From assembly GCF_018977255.1 (NCBI RefSeq), contig NW_024704742.1:123692001-123756000 (forward strand): a stretch of 64,000 nucleotides of DNA, written 5' to 3'. Position numbers and translations under genes: made by a program. Under the pieces are notes generated by a model. The model was not told where the DNA came from, did not search any database, and was given only the letters and a program-made list of their open reading frames with translations. This document shows, one piece after another, positions 38,124-51,500 of this stretch. The stretch's first letter is position 1; the number at the start of each line of letters is the position of its first letter. The DNA is from Callorhinchus milii (Eukaryota).

Positions 38124-38445
38124 GGAGTCCTGTAGCTCAGTGTTTAGAGCACTTGCCTCACAAGCGAGAGATCTGGGTTCGATTCCCAGCAGGGCAAAAC
38201 TTTGGGCAAGTTTCCTTATTCCACATGCCTTATAATAATCCCTCAAGAAAAAAAACCACAATAATAAATTGGTCACTTCAATCCATGACTGTCTGTGGAA
38301 CATTGCTGTGTGCAATTGGCTGTCGCGTTTAGCCCACAAAATATACAGTCAATTCACTTTACAATATATTCTGTGAAGCGCTTTGAAACGTCCAGAAGAC
38401 GTGAAAAATGCTATATCAAATGCAAGGATTAGTATTACTATTATT
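38124..38445 (+). mobile_element. tRNA-derived SINE, full length
   Basis: Head, body and tail present. Confidence 0.92.
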
Positions 38446-38527
38446 AATAATACCAGTTCTTAACTGGTTTGATGACAAAGTCAAAACAATATGCTTTTTA
38501 CCATAGATTCTTTTTGGTTATTTTTAG

Positions 38528-41500
38528 GCAAGCAGTTCAGAGCTGTCTTTATTAGCACAGTGAGAAGAGCTGAAAATACCAAGAACGGATTCTTCAGTGA
38601 CATCTGTTTTCTGAACACAGCCATGAGTAGAGCAAAATCACTCATTACAGTTGTTGGAGATGCATTAGCTTTATGCTCCACTGGAGACTGCAAACAAGTG
38701 TGGGAAATGTTTCTAAATGAATGCATTCAAAATCATAGCCTTACATCGCCAGACCTGAGTGTGGAGGATGTAAAACAAAACATTATGAATGAACAGCAGA
38801 AAAANTCTGAACAAATTGCTGGCAACAGTAATGGTAACCAGGATTGCCACAACGATGAAGAAAGAAGTGATCGTATACTGGATGCTTTGCTGAATGATAT
38901 CTTTCAAAATGAGGCACGCCCTTCAGATGAAAACAATCAAGTCTTCATTGAAAGAATATTTCAACAAGTTACAGAAGAAGGAATGGTGGAATTGGCTTGT
39001 CATGGAAGAGTAACGGACCAGGATGCACGTGCACCCAGCTATATCAAGAGAGATAATTGGAAGAAGTATGAAGTACAAAGCCCAGAAAAATTAAAAGAAA
39101 TGCTGAACAAAGAGCCTGAAACATACAAACGTTGTCAATTGTGGATGAAATCACACGAGTGTGGAATAGCTTGCCCTGTCGATGGAACAGGTGACATTAT
39201 GGTAAATGGCAGGATTAACTGTGGAACAGCTTTTCCTGGAGAGGAAGTTGTGGTGCGGATAACAGAAAAGCATGAGGATGATATTCATGGTAAGGTCATT
39301 GGAGTCACAAAGAGAGAGATTGGAAAGCTTAAGAACATCATTTGCTGCATTGACCCTTATGACTGTAAGATAATGATTCCGATAAACAGATTAATGGTTA
39401 AGATACAAAACCTGACCAAAATGAACCAACCCCCAAATCATATATGTATCTGGGACGTTAATTCTTCACAGTCAAAGCGGACACTAAACAGATTTGAATC
39501 TGTACCAGTAAGTAACAGGAGAAACAAGCTTTTCACTGTCAAATATCTCAAATGGCTTCCACATTGCATTTACCCTCTGGGTATTGTCACAGAAGAGATA
39601 CAGCTGGGAAACAACAAGAAAAATGGAATGAATATTTTACAAATCCAGTATGACTTAAATGGAAACATATTCCCTTGCACAGAATCCCTCCAGCAGCCTT
39701 CAAGGGAAGGAAGAAAGGATTATACAAAGGACTGCGTTTTCACAATTGATGATAAGGGTTCCAAAGACATCGATGATGCCATCAGTGTCCGTGAGCTAGA
39801 TGGAAAATATGAAATAGGTATTCATATTGCTGATGTCGCAGCTTTTTTACAAAAAGATGGCGATGTTGACGTTGAAGCCAAGAATCGTGCAACCTCTTTC
39901 TATTCACCTTGCCATAAAGGTGAACCAATTCACATGCTGCCAAAAGAGCTCAGTGAGGTGCACTGCAGTTTACTGCCAGATTCAGTGAGATGTGCATTTG
40001 CAGTTCTGTTTTCTGTAGACAAAAGAAATTTCAAAATAGTTGAAAAGCCAACAATAGAAAGGACTGTGATCATTTCCAAACGTGCCTTTACATACAAAGA
40101 AGCTGCAGAGCTTCTTGCTCAGTCACCCAAGATACTGAATGCCACCAGCTTCGAAGGATGTATGAATATCGTAGTCAGCTTTGCAGATCGTCTTAGAGAA
40201 GAACGTTTGAAAGAAGGTTGGCATCTAGTCAGTCTCTTTAATACAATTCGCGATGAACACAGATCACGTGGTATGATTGAGGAACTTATGATTTTAGCCA
40301 ACAGAACAGTGGCAGAAATATTGCTGAGAAATGAAACAACCAAAAATCTCACTCCACTTCGTATTCAACCAAAACCTAATTCTTCAAAGTTGTCTGCTTT
40401 CCAAAATGTTGTGAAGCCAATCTTACCAATATCTCCATATCTAAGATCCCGCATAGAACATACCATGTCTGGCGCAAACCAGCCTTCATGTAGCACCTCA
40501 CTTAAAGAAGTATTTATTCTGGAACCTGTGTGGAGAAAGCTTATTGAGTTCCAACAATGTCATCGTTATGATAAAATGAAAGCCCTGCTCTTTTGTGAAA
40601 AGCTCCACCCCCAGCTGGCAGCTGCCCTAGAGACTGAGAAATTCTTTTGGAAGAAAGCCTGCATGATTCGTGCAGGTATGAGATGTGGTGATGATGCAAA
40701 TCATCATTGCTCTTTGAGAGTAGAAGCGTATACTTGGTTCACGTCACCAATAAGACGGTATATGGATATTGTGGTGCATCGACTTTTGGAGTCAGTTGTG
40801 TTGAACAAGAGTGAATCTCCTTATACTGCTGAAGAGATTGATGATATTTGCCGACATTTCAACCTCAAAACTGAGGACAGCAAAAAATATTCCTCACAGT
40901 CGGAACAGTTGGAAGAAGCAGAGGAACTGCAGAAAAATCCTAGACAGCAACTGGCTGTTCTTTTTAATGTACAAGAAGGAAAGTCCAGTCTAAGTGTTTT
41001 TTTTCTGGATCAACGGTTTGAAAACATGAACTCAACTCCTTTACTTTTTGGATCGTTGGGACTTGACCAGCAACCTGAATTTAAGGATGATTCGCTAACC
41101 TTAAAATGGAGGAGAAGGTTCTTCTGTCCAAATAAGAGTGCCATATTTCCTTCTGCTGTCACTGTTGTAGACAGTGCTGCACACTCTGTCAGCATACAGA
41201 CTGAGAAATGGATTGCATTGCAGAAAGCAATTGGCAAAAATGATCACAGCAGAGTTACAAAACTCTTAGAGGAAGAGAATCACATACAAAACAAAGCTCG
41301 TTCCCAGCAAAGTGTGAAAAGTCAAAAACTGACACCAAAACAGTCTGAACAAGATTATCAGTTGTTGTCAATGACACTTAAGAATGGCAGTGTGATAAAA
41401 ATGCAACAGGGACCAACCATGTACCGTGGCTTGCTGAAACCGAACTTACAGGTGGTTTACTTGAACAAGCAAGTAGACATTTGCATTGAACACGCTCGAG

Positions 41501-41993
41501 ATCCAGAATTGTGCTTCACAAAGACTGATTGTGGTGAAGTCAAAGGGGCAAATTTCATCAACATAAAAGATTACATTGAGAGATGGATTCCAGTTATTGA
41601 AATTGAGGCCGCTGTAAATTCTGTTATGCAAAATGACCCAATGGTGTTCCTCAATGTGGAAACATATTGGGTTGAGGGTTCACCTTCATCTGGGAGCTTC
41701 AAGATTGACAGTCGCTACACTGACATAGACAAACTAGAGATAGGTGATTTAGTTTGCATCCGGCATTCATATGCATTGAACGAATCAAAAGAAAAATCTG
41801 CATTACTAGTTGATATTAACCCTAATGAGTCAACATGGGTTGCACATTGTGTCATCACTGCTTTTAAAGAGGGATATTCTTACCGAGAAGTGACATTTCA
41901 ATTACATCACTGTGCATCGGAAGCTCCTCCTCATGTATATGTATTGAATCAGCCATCTACAATTGAGATCATATCACGGAGTGTTCCTGACAG
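38528..41993 (+). CDS. HELZ2: HELZ2-like exon H, 3466 nt (end of helicase 1, RNB/RNase II domain)
   Basis: LNTAMSRAKS; FTIDDKGSKDIDDAIS; IHIADVA; IEELMILAN; YTWFTSPIRRYMD; one N base at 38805 does not break the frame. Confidence 0.96.
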
Positions 41994-42919
41994 GTATGTT
42001 TCAAATATTTAACCTCTAAAACAAACCATTTTATTCACTTCTAATGTATGAATAGGCAATGTGTAGACAGCTTGTTCACCCCTCCTTAGTTACATTTTCT
42101 TAGATCCAGGTTTACTCTAGTGTTGTCTTGTTGAAGGAAGATATGAGATCAGTGAAGATAAACCTATTGAGAATACCATAGGGAAAAATGATTGAGATTG
42201 AATAGTTGGATCATCAACTTAACATAACATCTGAATTAACATAAAGGCCAAATCACTAAATTATTATTTGTACAAGGCATCTGCTCTCCGAGATTAGGTT
42301 ACAACATAAAAAATGAAGAACTTGTATTGTTTTATTACGCGAGCAGTATCTTACATTCTCAAAATATCTCAGAACAATTTTTAAGTAACTACTGTATTTT
42401 CAGTAAAGACTGCTTTTCAGCCACAAAAACAACAACAACAAATTACATTTGTATAGCGCCTTTCCTGTCGGGAGGATATCCCAAGGCGCTGAGTATTAGG
42501 ACACTGGTGAAACTCTTTTATTGGACACCCTCCTTCTCCTACTTACCCCTCACTCCATCCCTCTTCATCCCAACCTACCTGCTCGGGTGTGGATCTCTGA
42601 CGGTCCAGCACTTTGGGACGTCCTCTTGACAAGAAAGGCTCTATACAAATGTAATTTGTTGTTGTCGTTCGTTATGTTTAAAGGCTGCATGCAACCTGAA
42701 GAACAGGTTGCACGCAGCCTTTAAATTGCTCTTTGTTATGTTTTATATAATGTGCATTGTTTTGTCATTTTAAAAGTTAAACAGTACAATTTTTGTAATA
42801 GCATTGAAAACAAAGTGTAATGGAGATTACAATCACTTTCCAGTTCAGGAAGAAAACTTGCAAATGATTTCTCTGATTCATGCAAAAAACTAACATAAAC
42901 TTGTTCTACCACTTATTAG

Positions 42920-43005
42920 AAGAAAAATTGACACCATTAGGTCACTAGAAGAGAATAAAAATCTTGCCAGAAGCATAGCACTAAAAGACTTTTCATCAAA
43001 CCCAG
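42920..43005 (+). CDS. HELZ2: HELZ2-like exon I
   Basis: RRKIDTIRSLEENKNLARSIALKDFSSNP; AG/GT. Confidence 0.87.
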
Positions 43006-43423
43006 GTATGTGGTACAATCCTTTTCATTAACAACTTACCTGCTTATTTATAAAATTGGTTTTGTTTATCTAACAGTTGAAAACTCAAATGATGCCGTCA
43101 AAAAAGGTTCTTTAACTTAATTGTACATCTCAAGGAAATTTTAATATATATTCATTAATATATATAAAAATTTCCTTGAGATGTACAGTTAAGCTGAAGA
43201 AAGTTTTTTTTCTACTAAAGTAGACCAACCTATTTTACTGAAAGCTGAAAGCATACTGTTTGATGGTTCAAAATCTAGTTAATATTTTGTTCTATTCTTA
43301 TAAGTGAAAATCCCATTACAAGTGAGGAATGAAACGTCTGCTGATTCTGATGAACAGCATGTTTTTGTCCAGTATTTTTAATATGTTTAAAGTAATATTT
43401 ATGCAGTTAGTATATTTCAACAG

Positions 43424-43552
43424 AAATTAGAAGAACTCCAAAATGTCAAATGGAATGGAACATTCCAGGATTACCAGAATTGAACCAAACCCAAAGCAAA
43501 GCAGTGATGATAGCTTTAAATTCAGAATTCAGTGTGATTCAAGGGCCACCAG
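43424..43552 (+). CDS. HELZ2: HELZ2-like exon J
   Basis: WNIPGLPELNQTQSKAV...VIQGPP. Confidence 0.92.
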
Positions 43553-43956
43553 GTAAGACTATTTCATTGCTTAACGTTATGGTATTCGTGCATATTTGCA
43601 GCCTAAAACAAACAAATTACAATTATATAGCGCCTTTCACATCGGGAAAGATGTTGTCTTATACAAGTACAAATGTCAGCCTGAATCTTAAAGGACCATT
43701 GTCCTGTGTCCTTTTGGCAAAACACTGCTGTGGAAATAAAGAGCTTTAAGAATTCCTGTATTACAGAAGTAATGCAATGATGTCTGTAAATGTGCTTTAC
43801 ACCATCACAGTGTGTCTTTGTAATTAAGCAAAATATTTGCCAAACACAAAAGATAGATATTTTATAAAATCTTTGAGAAAAATGTCAATATTAATTGTTC
43901 TTTCCTATATTTTATTAAACAAATAGTTAACAAATATGCATTTCTATATTTAACAG

Positions 43957-44142
43957 GAACGGGGAAAACCATAACTGGAGCCTATATTGTTCTAAATTGT
44001 GTCAAACGCAACCAGACACACAGGGCTCAACCAATTAAATCCAAACATTTGAGAAATGTAATAGGTTACAAAATAGGAGGAAATGATCCCAGGCAGATCC
44101 TGTACTGTGGACCATCAAACAAATCTGTTGACGTTGTAACAG
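43957..44142 (+). CDS. HELZ2: HELZ2-like exon K (helicase 2 Walker A)
   Basis: GTGKTITG...QILYCGPSNKSVDVV. Confidence 0.94.
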
Positions 44143-44228
44143 GTAAAATAATAAGTAATCCTAAGGCATTATTTTCTGAAATGCATTTGCTGTTTTGGTA
44201 CTAGTAGTTTGTATTTATTTTTATTCAG

Positions 44229-44367
44229 AGACCCTACTGAAGGCAAACTGTAGCCTGTCCATTCTCCGGGTGTATGGGGAACAGATTGAACACCTTGCGT
44301 TCCCATTGGAAGATGTGCTGATATCTAAAGAAGCAAAAAGGGATTCCGGCATCAAAGAATGTTTGAA
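44229..44367 (+). CDS. HELZ2: HELZ2-like exon L
   Basis: LSILRVYGEQIEHLAFP. Confidence 0.9.
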
Positions 44368-44434
44368 GTAACCACTTAATTTATTGACGCTAGCTAATTC
44401 TTATCTGTTGCTCACCAGATAATCAGAAATAAGT

Positions 44435-44642
44435 TATAATAAATAATAATCTTGCATTTGATATAGCGCCTTATCACGTCTTCGAGTCGATCTGCCAATC
44501 GACTAACAACTGGGTTCCTACTTACTGCTAGGTAAACAGAGGTGTGTTGATTAAGGAAACTTGCCCAGTGTTTTGTCCTGCCAGGGAACAAACCCAGGTC
44601 TCTCACTTGCGAGGCGAGTGCTCTAACCACTGGCAGGACTCC
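44435..44642 (-). mobile_element. SINE with internal deletion
   Basis: Head plus central insert joined directly to tail. Confidence 0.8.
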
Positions 44643-45242
44643 ATGTTATGCACAAATGAATCACTCACTTTTTCCTGTTATGTAAATTCAATCACAGTGT
44701 AGTAAACCAGACTTGAAATCATATGGCTCACAAAAAGCATTTTACCAGTGTTTGTTTTGAATATTTTTAAGCCCAGTTCTTATTTGAAATTAAAAGTTCC
44801 TATTTTAAGTAGGTTTTAATAGTGTTAAAAAGGAGCATGGAAAATGGCTGACTTCTGGGGCATCTGGTCACCATAACCTCCGCTTGTGCTCCAAGCTCCA
44901 GAAACACCAGACAATTTATTTTGCAGTGCATATGTGCAGCGTGCAGGAAGTGGCATCAGCTAAGCCTCCTACACATAACTCACAACATGGAGAGAGAGAC
45001 ATCAGTGGTAACCTGACAACCCGGAAACCGGCTAATACTGCTGGAGCTAGGTGTACTCTGCTTCCAGTATAGCATGGGTTCACAGAAGATCCAAGCTATA
45101 AGCAAACTCATGTTCAACTGAGGTGCAACAGGGTTCGCCCTGTATGTACTTAGTTAAGAGGAAAAATTATATTAAAATGTACAAAAAAGGAGAAGGGGAA
45201 TGAGATTAGAATAGATAGCTCTAAACCGGAATGAAAATCAGC

Positions 45243-45565
45243 ATAATAATAATAATAATAATCCTTGCATTTGATATAGCGTTTTTCACATCGGGAGGAC
45301 GTCCCAAAGCGCTTCACAGAACACACTGTAAAGTGAATTGACTGTATATTTGTGGGCGAACGCGGCAGCCAATTGCGCACAGCAATGTCCCACAAACAGT
45401 CGTAGATTGAAAATGACCAATTTTTATTATTGTCTTTTATTTTGGAGGGATTATTATTAGGCGTGTGGAGTAAGGAACCTTGCCCAAGGTTTCTTCCTGC
45501 CTGGAATTGAACTCAGGTCTCTCGCTTGCAAAGCGAGTGCTCTAACCACTGAGCTACAGGACTCC
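45243..45565 (-). mobile_element. tRNA-derived SINE, full length
   Basis: Head, body, tail; possible AGCATA flanking duplication. Confidence 0.92.
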
Positions 45566-45989
45566 ACAAAAGCATAGACATAACAGACCAAAATTCCTCC
45601 CATCAGTCTGTATAGGTCTGTTCTAGGTACAGTAGATGCAAATTAAATATTTGAACATTTTACATTAATAATAATCCTTGCATTTGATATAGCGCCTCAT
45701 CACGCGATATTATTAGAGTCAGTTAAACATTGTTGATTAAATGAAATAGTAGGGAAATCATTTAGGTTTTATTTTGGTTCATTGCAGGGAATGGTCACCG
45801 AGAAAGAAAAATGCTGACCTCCCACAGACATTGTCATGCTAATTTAAAATCCCTGCTATGTTTGACCTTTTTTTCCATGTGCATTTTAGCCAGCAATAGC
45901 AAGCTGTGATTTCACCATATTCATAATAATCCTTGCATTTTGATATAGAAGCCCCATATTACACATACTATACAATGATTAATTTAACA

Positions 45990-46255
45990 CAGAGTGGTCC
46001 AATCTTTTGGCTGCTGAGGGCCAGATGCCGAATTTAAAAAACATCTGGTGCCCCATAAGTAATATTTTATCCTAATAGTTCAGTCTTGTTGTTGGGCAGA
46101 GCCTGAGGTCCCGGGGACAGTGTCCTAATTGGCTCGAGGCCTGTGTATCACTTGTATTTGCTTGTCGGACAATGAAGTTGGAAATGGATTGTGGGCCAGA
46201 TGAAATCATCCCACTGGCCCCTTTCAGCCCGTGGGCCGCCAGTTGGACCACCCTG
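45990..46255. mobile_element. hAT-type MITE
   Basis: TIRs CAGAGTGGTCCAA / TTGGACCACCCTG (12/13) and 8-bp TSD ATTTAACA/ATTTAATA. Confidence 0.8.
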
Positions 46256-46333
46256 ATTTAATATATCCAGTTATCACTTAATATTATTCAGCCATTTGAG
46301 TATTCTTTAAGTGGTAATGATTGTGCTTTACAG

Positions 46334-46465
46334 GTCCGTTGCCTTGCATTTCAAAATCAGGGATCCCAAAACAAACCCTAACGCTGAACAAATAAACAGA
46401 CTTTACATACGACTGAAGAAGAATAAATTTAAGTATCCTGAAGCAAGAAGAAAGACTTGCATGGA
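46334..46465 (+). CDS. HELZ2: HELZ2-like exon M
   Basis: KSVALHFKIRDPKTNPNAEQI. Confidence 0.9.
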
Positions 46466-46743
46466 GTAAGTTAAATCCCTTTGTTTTCTGTACTGCCAGT
46501 GACATCTGCGCGCTCTCTCCCTCCCTCTCCGCGTTGGATCAAGAAGGCGGGAAGTAATGCAGATTACAAAATGTCACACTGAGGTCACCAGTATGAGTGG
46601 TGGCCACACACCGAGGCCACCAAAACTGGGGTATTATTAAAGGATTAATCGGTTGAGGATAACTGGACATTCTGTAAAGCACCAAGGTTTAATAGACTTG
46701 TATTGAAATTCAAAATGCCGATGCGTGACTTGTTTTCTTACAG

Positions 46744-46936
46744 ATACAAGCAGCTTGTTTACAAAGCACAAGTCGAAGAACTAAAAAAGCACCAAGTTAT
46801 CTTATGTACATGCACAACTGCTGCTCGATCACTCATAATAGTCAACACAAACATCTTCATGTGCATTGTGGATGAAAGTGGAATGTGCACAGAGCCAGAG
46901 AGTCTGATTCCTATTGCATCCTCAAATGCAAAGCAG
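46744..46936 (+). CDS. HELZ2: HELZ2-like exon N (helicase 2 Walker B)
   Basis: VILCTCTTA; CIVDESGMCTEPESLIPI. Confidence 0.94.
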
Positions 46937-47239
46937 GTGTGTATTCCAGCCAGCCTTAACATTACATGACATTGAAGTGGCTACCCAACTAACTCATGGT
47001 CGAATGTACTTGTTTAACTGCTCTCATCTGAACTATTCCACAGCCTTAAGGTATTGCCAATTTAATCCACTCTTGTAAATTATTTATCCTAATTCTACAT
47101 TCTGCAGTCTAAAATTTAGGAACTGTAACAGGATTCATAGAGGTTAAATATTCGGGATGACATATTGATAGATTGATAAGGTCTTTAAAGTGTATGCTTT
47201 ATTTTTACCAGCATTCAATTCTTTATTTATTTATTGTAG

Positions 47240-47374
47240 GTTGTTCTAATTGGGGACCACAAACAGTTGAGACCAATTGTGAAAAGTAGATTGGCTGAAG
47301 ATCTTGGCCTGGGAATATCAATATTCGAGCGATATGCTTCAGAAGCATTGATGCTAAATATTCAGTATCGAATG
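47240..47374 (+). CDS. HELZ2: HELZ2-like exon O
   Basis: VVLIGDHKQLRPIV...SIFERY...LNIQYRM. Confidence 0.95.
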
Positions 47375-47760
47375 GTATGTAGAGAGTTCATCATTATAAT
47401 GACATATTAAGGTACAAAACATTGTCATCTTTAAAGCTAACTACATTGGTGCATACATCAAAGAGATATAGTGAATTTCACTGAAATTCTAATCCACACT
47501 GTATTTGGATTAATTGTGGTATAGTGTAAAGTATAAATATTAAAAGTTATAAATGCATTTGACTAAAGGTTTATTGAAGAGCATGTGGAATATGTTCTGT
47601 ATTTTAGACAAGACTGAGAATGCAATTTGTATGTTGCAGTTTTGGTAATTTTGAAAATAAACAAATACACAGGTCCAAAAATGTGTGGAGTAAACTGGAA
47701 GATTGTGAATCAAGTGCTTGCTAATCAGTTCATTGGCAATAATTAATTGTTTCTTCTTAG

Positions 47761-47982
47761 CACCCAGCTATCTGCAGTTTTCCATCTCAAGAATTTTATC
47801 ATGGAAAACTTAAGACTGCAGAAGTAGTTTATCATCGGACACCTGGCAAACAGAAGCATCCACATGAGACGGACTGTCCAATTATGTTTTGTCACACTGA
47901 AGGCAAAGAAACATTTCTTTATGTGATGTCTGAAGAAGGGAATGAAAAATCCAGGGCCAATAGCACAGAAGTAACATATGCT
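47761..47982 (+). CDS. HELZ2: HELZ2-like exon P
   Basis: HPAICSFPSQEFYHGKL...EEGNEKSRANSTEV. Confidence 0.95.
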
Positions 47983-48873
47983 GTAAGATTGAAAAAGTCT
48001 TTAAAGTGGAACAACTTGTTTCTGTTATTGTAACTTTTTCTTAATTTGTTGCAATTATATTTCTCCATTGGATATCAGCAATTTGTACACAGTGCTGATG
48101 TCTCTCAATCCAGTTCATTAGGGAATATAACAACAACAATAAATCAGTTGTATACCTCCTTTCACATTAGGAGGACATCACAAGGCGCTGGATAGTCAGG
48201 GATCCATATATCACGTGAACAAAATACCGTAATATTAAAATAATTCTGTTGCAAATATGCAGCACTATACAACCGTATAACCTGTTATAAGGCAGATTCA
48301 TAGAAGTTACACCACAGAAAGGTACTTTTTGGATCATTATTATTATCATTACAACAACAAAATTATATTTGTGTAGCGCCTAACATGCAATATTAATGAT
48401 AATGATAATTATCATCAAATGCAAGGATTATTATTATTAAGCACCTCCACTGAAGCTACATACCATCATTATCACATATGGTGTTGTGGCATGATCCTAA
48501 AGTGAAGAGGAAGCTAAACATAGAGCCCACGTCTCTAACATCACAGTTATGGAGTTAAGAAACCAACAGTAGCCTAAATAAATAATGGAATCCAGGTAAA
48601 GAGGGGCCAATGGCTTCTGGCCCTTTATTACCTGGATCTCTCTTGTGATCTAGAAATTACAGGAATTACAAGATAGGAAATACAGGATAGGAAGAAGCTA
48701 TTTGGTCTATCAAGTCAAAACTGCTGCTAGCTTATCCGTTGCAATCTATCTACCAGTTTTGTCAGCAGCAACAAGAAACTAGAAGTATTTTCAATGAAAT
48801 ATAATTTAAAAAGAGAAAATAATATGCTGACCTGGATCTAGTTCTCATTTAGTAGCCAGCTATTGTAACTTAT

Positions 48874-49231
48874 AATAATAATACTTGCATTTAATATAGC
48901 GCCTTCTAGATATCTTCTGGACGTCTCAAAGCGCTTCACAGGACATACTGTAAAGTGAATTGACTGTATATTTACGGGCGAAAGCCAGCAGCCAATTGTG
49001 CACAACAGTTGTGGATTGAGTGACCAATTTATTATTGGGTCTTTTTTGAAGGATTATTATCCCCGGAAAAGCGATCCGCCAATCGACAAACAACCAGTTT
49101 CCTACTTACTGCTAGGTAAACGCAGGCGTGTGGAGTAAGGAAACTTGTCCAACATTTCACCCTGCCGTGAATAGAACCCAGGTCGTCTCACTTGTGAGGC
49201 GAGTGCTCTAACCACTGAGCTATAGGACTCC
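48874..49231 (-). mobile_element. tRNA-derived SINE (long form)
   Basis: Head, central insert, tail. Confidence 0.9.
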
Positions 49232-49293
49232 ATAGCGAGGGTAATGAATTGTGATTGTAGGGAGAGATATAATAGGATATTTTTTTCATTCAG

Positions 49294-49450
49294 GTGAAAT
49301 ATGCAGAAGATCTCATTCGAAAAGGTAAAGCACTTGAGGAAGAAGTTGCCATTATTACACCTTACAATGCCCAGGTTGCAGAGATCAAAAAGGCCTTGAA
49401 GCAAAAGTACCTTAAACATGTTCGAGCTTCCACAGTTGTCCGCAGCCAAG
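49294..49450 (+). CDS. HELZ2: HELZ2-like exon Q
   Basis: VAIITPYNAQV...STVVRSQG. Confidence 0.95.
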
Positions 49451-50734
49451 GTAATGATAAAGGCTAAAAATAAAAACACGTTAATCATGAAATTATGCTT
49501 TTTTTTTCAGTGATATAATCATCCTAACAGGATACAAATTAACCTTTTTTTGAGTTAAACCGGAATGCTTGGTGGTCCAGAAATGCAAAGCCAAGGCCTG
49601 GGCCAGCTTCAAAACCAATTGGGTGTGGAGGAGGCAACATGGTGGATTTTATGTGGGTTATGGGCTGATTATTTATGCTCTCAGTTACTTTATTCTATTT
49701 TGCTTGATTGTCTTGCAAAGAAAGATCAAGGAAAAAGCGTACAGGTCCCCTGAGTAGTGTTAGCTTGGGGTATATGCCACTGTTGTGGATGGTTCTGGAG
49801 AAGGTGTCAGGAAACATTTCCAGACCATTTAATAATATAATAAACCTTGCATTTGGTATATAATGCATTTAATAATTTAATAAACCTTGCATTTGGCATA
49901 GCATCTTATTATCTCATTGAGACATCTCAAAGCACTTCACAAGGTTTTCCTCCAAGTTTAGTGACTGCGTATTTGTTGAAAAACAGAGTAGTGTCCCATA
50001 AAACAGCCAAGAAGTCAATGAGCAATTTGTTGAACAGGTTACCAGGAGAAACTCCCTTCTCTTTTCAATAATGCCATGGGATCTGTAATGTCTACCAGAA
50101 CAATGGGACTTTGGCTTCCCCAACGCTGCAATGAAGTGTCAGCCTAAACTATGTGAGTTCAAAGTCCCAAATTGGGGCATGAATGCACAACCTTCTGATT
50201 CAGAGGTGAGAGTCCTGCCAACTGAGCCAGATTGACACACAGCTGTCAGGTATCATAAAGAATCTTGTGGGTTAAAGCTCACATTGGGACTTTGAGTTCA
50301 CAATCTCGGATGATACTGGGGAGGGTTGTGTTGTCAGTGGGATTGTTCTTTGGATGAAATGTTAAAATGCTGTGTCATTATGATCCTTTAACACTACTGG
50401 GAAAGATAAGGCAGTTTCACCTGGGGCCCTGGCCAAAAATACACAGAAAATGTATTCGTCAGATTAGATTGATTGGGTAAAGTCCATGGTAGGGTGACTA
50501 TTTACGATCCATAAGATGTATTGACAGCGTAGTAAGCTGCTATATCAAATGAAGGATTATATTATATGATGGAATGGATTTGATGGGGTAAATTACTACT
50601 TTCTTGAAAACTGCTCTCTCAGCTCAATAGTTTTCCACGAAGCTCTCACTTACAATAACTGCTTACGAAGATTAAAGAACTATTGCTAAAATTTCTTTAG
50701 TAAGAGGCAATTATGGTTTATTTTGAAGTTACCA

Positions 50735-51500
50735 CTCCATGGTTGCACACTACAGCTCACCAAGCCAGTCAGGAACTGGGTGTCTTGTTCGACCCTCAAC
50801 TGTCTTTTCTCCCCCACAGTCAAGCCATGACCTGCTCTGCCTTCCCTCACCTCCATAACATCACCCGACTCCGCCACTACCTCACCCTTCAGGCCGCTGA
50901 AACTCTTGTTTATTGCCTTCATCATTTCCAGGCTCGACTATGCAAACGCCCTGCTTTCGGCCTTCCCAACTCCTCCCTCCACAGGCTGCAGATAATCCAG
51001 AACTCTGCAGCCCGTGTCCTCTCCCGCACCAAACTCTATGACCCCATCTCCCCCATTCTCACCCGACTCCATTGGTTTCCTATCCTTCAGAGGATCCAGT
51101 TCAAGATCCTGGTCCTCACATACACAGCCCTCCATGGCCTCGCCCCACCCTACCTCTGCGACCTCCTAACCCCCTACCAACCCACCCATTCCCTCCGCTC
51201 AGCCGGCTCTGGCCTGCTCCACGTTCCCCGACCCATCCGCCCCACCATTGGCGGGAGAGCCTTCAGCCACTCTGCCCCCAACCTCTAGAATTCCATCCCC
51301 CAGTCACTCTGCCTCACCCCCTCCTTAGCCTCCTTCAAGTCCCGTCTCAAGACCCTCCTCTTCGACCATGCCATCGGCGACCCGCATTCCCCTCCCCTCC
51401 GCCCGACCCCAGCTTGGGTCTGAAATGCTGTACCCTGTCCAGCACCTTGGAACATCCTCCCGAAGTGAAAGGTGCTATACAAATGTAATCTTGTTGTCTT
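50735..51500 (+). mobile_element. 5'-truncated L2 (~770 bp)
   Basis: [21 protein letters not shown], tail (TTG)n. Confidence 0.92.

Noticed and set aside
38805..38805. Ambiguous base in exon H as a possible disabling lesion
   Set aside because: The frame is open and homologous on both sides; codon AAN is Lys or Asn
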